Below are positions 62,624-64,000 of a stretch of DNA of 64,000 bases, piece after piece. The stretch comes from Bacteroidota bacterium. GTDB taxonomy: Bacteria > Bacteroidota > Bacteroidia > Chitinophagales > Saprospiraceae. Position numbers and translations under genes: made by a program. Under the pieces are notes generated by a model, which saw nothing but the letters and a program-made list of their open reading frames with translations, made no database searches and was not told the origin of the DNA. Location: contig JBEAXK010000079.1 in NCBI GenBank assembly GCA_041159865.1, positions 67 through 64,066 of the forward strand. The letters run 5' to 3'. Position 1 is the first letter of the stretch. Each line of letters opens with the position of its first letter.

Positions 62624-63787
62624 ATGTTAAAAGTAGATTACATCATTGCAGGAGGAGGAGCCGCAGGGTTAAGTCTTGCGTTAAGAATGATGGATTCTAC
62701 AAAACTTAAAGATAAGCGAATCCTTATACTTGATAAGGATTCAAAGCAAATGAATGACAGAACCTGGTGTTTTTGGGAACATGGGCCAGGTTATTTTGAT
62801 TCCATTATTTTTCATAAATGGCAGCATTTGAGAATCGATGGGGACGGGGATAAACTGATTAAAGCCATTTCGCCTTACTATTATAAAATGCTTCGGGCAG
62901 AAGACTTTTATGAGTATGCAAAAAATAGATTAAATAAATTACCGAATATAAAATGGATTCAGGCAAATATTGAAAATATAGTTACTTATGAAAATAGGGT
63001 TAAGGTAAAAACAGACCAGGGAGAATTTAAGGCAGACTGGTGTTTCAGCAGTATATCTCAAATGAAGATAGATAAGATCCAAAATCATTACCTAGATCAG
63101 CATTTCAGAGGATGGTTCATTAGAACATCAAAACCAGTATTCAATAAAGATGAAGCACATTTTATGGATTTTAGAACCCCACAACATGGGGAAACAAGGT
63201 TTTTATATGTTTTACCATACAAATCAAGTGAGGCATTGATAGAGGTAGCGATATTCTCTAGGGAACATCTTTTAACAAAACAATATAATGATATCCTTGA
63301 AACTTATTTGCTAAATCATTGGGATCTGGATAGAAAAGATTATACTATCATACAGGAGGAAGAAGGAAATATACCCATGACAGATGCCCCATTTAAAAAA
63401 GCAAATGGACATACCATACATATAGGTATGGCGGGAGGTGATACCAGGTCATCGACTGGATTCACTTTTCTTAATATACAGCGAAGAGTTGAAACAATAG
63501 TAAAGAAATTGGAAATGGGTAGAAATCCGGGTAAATCGCCGCTATTTGATCGCTTTCGTTGGTACGATCGAGTACTTTTAAGAGTACTGGAAGAAAAGAG
63601 GTATGGAGGGGAGCAATTATTTATGCGATTGTTTAGAAAAAATCCCATTCAGCATATTTTGGCTTTTTTACAAGGGGATAGTCGTATTATTATGGAAATC
63701 AAGGTAATGCAAACGGCCCCTATAAAAGAGTTTTTAATCAGTGCCATCAGAATTGTATTGGGAATCAAAATAGATAGGAAAAAGTGA
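62624..63787 (+). CDS. crtY: Lycopene cyclase (CrtY/CrtL-type flavoprotein)
   Basis: 387 aa with an N-terminal FAD fold DYIIAGGGAAGLSLA. Conserved blocks: DRTWCFWE, HF.GW, FMDFR, F.YVLP....ALIE, AGG..R.STGF. Confidence 0.8.
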   Translation: MLKVDYIIAGGGAAGLSLALRMMDSTKLKDKRILILDKDSKQMNDRTWCFWEHGPGYFDSIIFHKWQHLRIDGDGDKLIKAISPYYYKMLRAEDFYEYAKNRLNKLPNIKWIQANIENIVTYENRVKVKTDQGEFKADWCFSSISQMKIDKIQNHYLDQHFRGWFIRTSKPVFNKDEAHFMDFRTPQHGETRFLYVLPYKSSEALIEVAIFSREHLLTKQYNDILETYLLNHWDLDRKDYTIIQEEEGNIPMTDAPFKKANGHTIHIGMAGGDTRSSTGFTFLNIQRRVETIVKKLEMGRNPGKSPLFDRFRWYDRVLLRVLEEKRYGGEQLFMRLFRKNPIQHILAFLQGDSRIIMEIKVMQTAPIKEFLISAIRIVLGIKIDRKK

Positions 63788-64000
63788 AAAAAAATATAAT
63801 TTGGTAAATGGCCATAAATAAAATATAATGGAATTTTTATTACTCGGTTAATATATTAAAAGTGAAGTTTTTTAGAATAAATCCAAGGGATTATAGACTA
63901 GGTAAGTCATGCCTATAAAAATAAAATCAAAGTAGGTATATAAAAGGTTTAAATGTTTATTATCTTTGCGTTCCCAAGAGAGGGAGAAAGGTTGAGGGGT

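Noticed and set aside
63961-64000. TAnnTTTG-like box (tatctttg, 63961-63968) followed by a purine-rich segment cccaagagagggagaaaggttgaggggt, which loosely recalls the start of a SAM-I-type riboswitch or another structured RNA
   Set aside because: The window ends after 32 nt. The conserved GGAGGGA/GCCC elements of SAM-I are not matched, and I see no convincing -33 element. It cannot be called without downstream sequence and an Infernal scan.
1-64000. Search by eye for CRISPR arrays, tRNA/rRNA genes, IS elements, integrases and prophage genes
   Set aside because: I found no regularly spaced direct repeats, no tRNA-like acceptor/T-arm signatures, and no transposase, integrase or phage structural ORFs in the six-frame track. 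Absence by eye is not proof; tRNAscan-SE, Infernal and ISfinder searches would be decisive.

Overview
The window looks like a chromosomal segment of a low-GC member of the Bacteroidota. The evidence is a SusC/SusD pair, two proteins with T9SS C-terminal sorting domains, many lipoprotein signal peptides, no Shine-Dalgarno-type leaders, and TAnnTTTG-like promoter boxes. Most of it is ordinary, densely packed housekeeping DNA: ybeY, an M1 aminopeptidase, yicC-gmk-apaG, HU, rng, pth, dapD, a tricorn-like S41 protease, a two-component system, msrA, a LOG-family protein and a crtI-crtB-cruF-like-crtY carotenoid cluster.

Three parts are not ordinary.
- **1-3550:** an AT-rich gene graveyard. It holds a degenerate segmental duplication (GxxExxY remnant, methyltransferase-fold gene, small membrane ORF), a MazG-like fragment, and a DUF4160/DUF2442 pair in which DUF4160 is inactivated.
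- **5779-7203:** two secreted proteins of unknown function. One has a Cys-rich hydrophobic C-terminal tail that resembles halocin-C8-type bacteriocin precursors.
- **7262-23945:** a roughly 16.7 kb single-strand SusC/SusD operon. Its only cargo genes are three tandem paralogous FG-GAP/VCBS + UnbV/ASPIC lipoproteins of about 1100 aa, a small lipoprotein and a PAP2/vanadium-haloperoxidase-like protein. I recognise no glycoside hydrolase and no regulator in it.

I saw no rRNA, tRNA, CRISPR array, transposase, integrase or phage structural genes. I cannot demonstrate a clearly novel multi-gene system from sequence alone. The enzyme-poor SusC/SusD operon and the halocin-like precursor are the best candidates, and both are hypotheses. 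Smaller observations include a 31-aa highly basic bS22-like ORF, a structured leader upstream of rng, a perfect 12-bp hairpin abutting the TTG start of crtI, and several clean bidirectional terminators.
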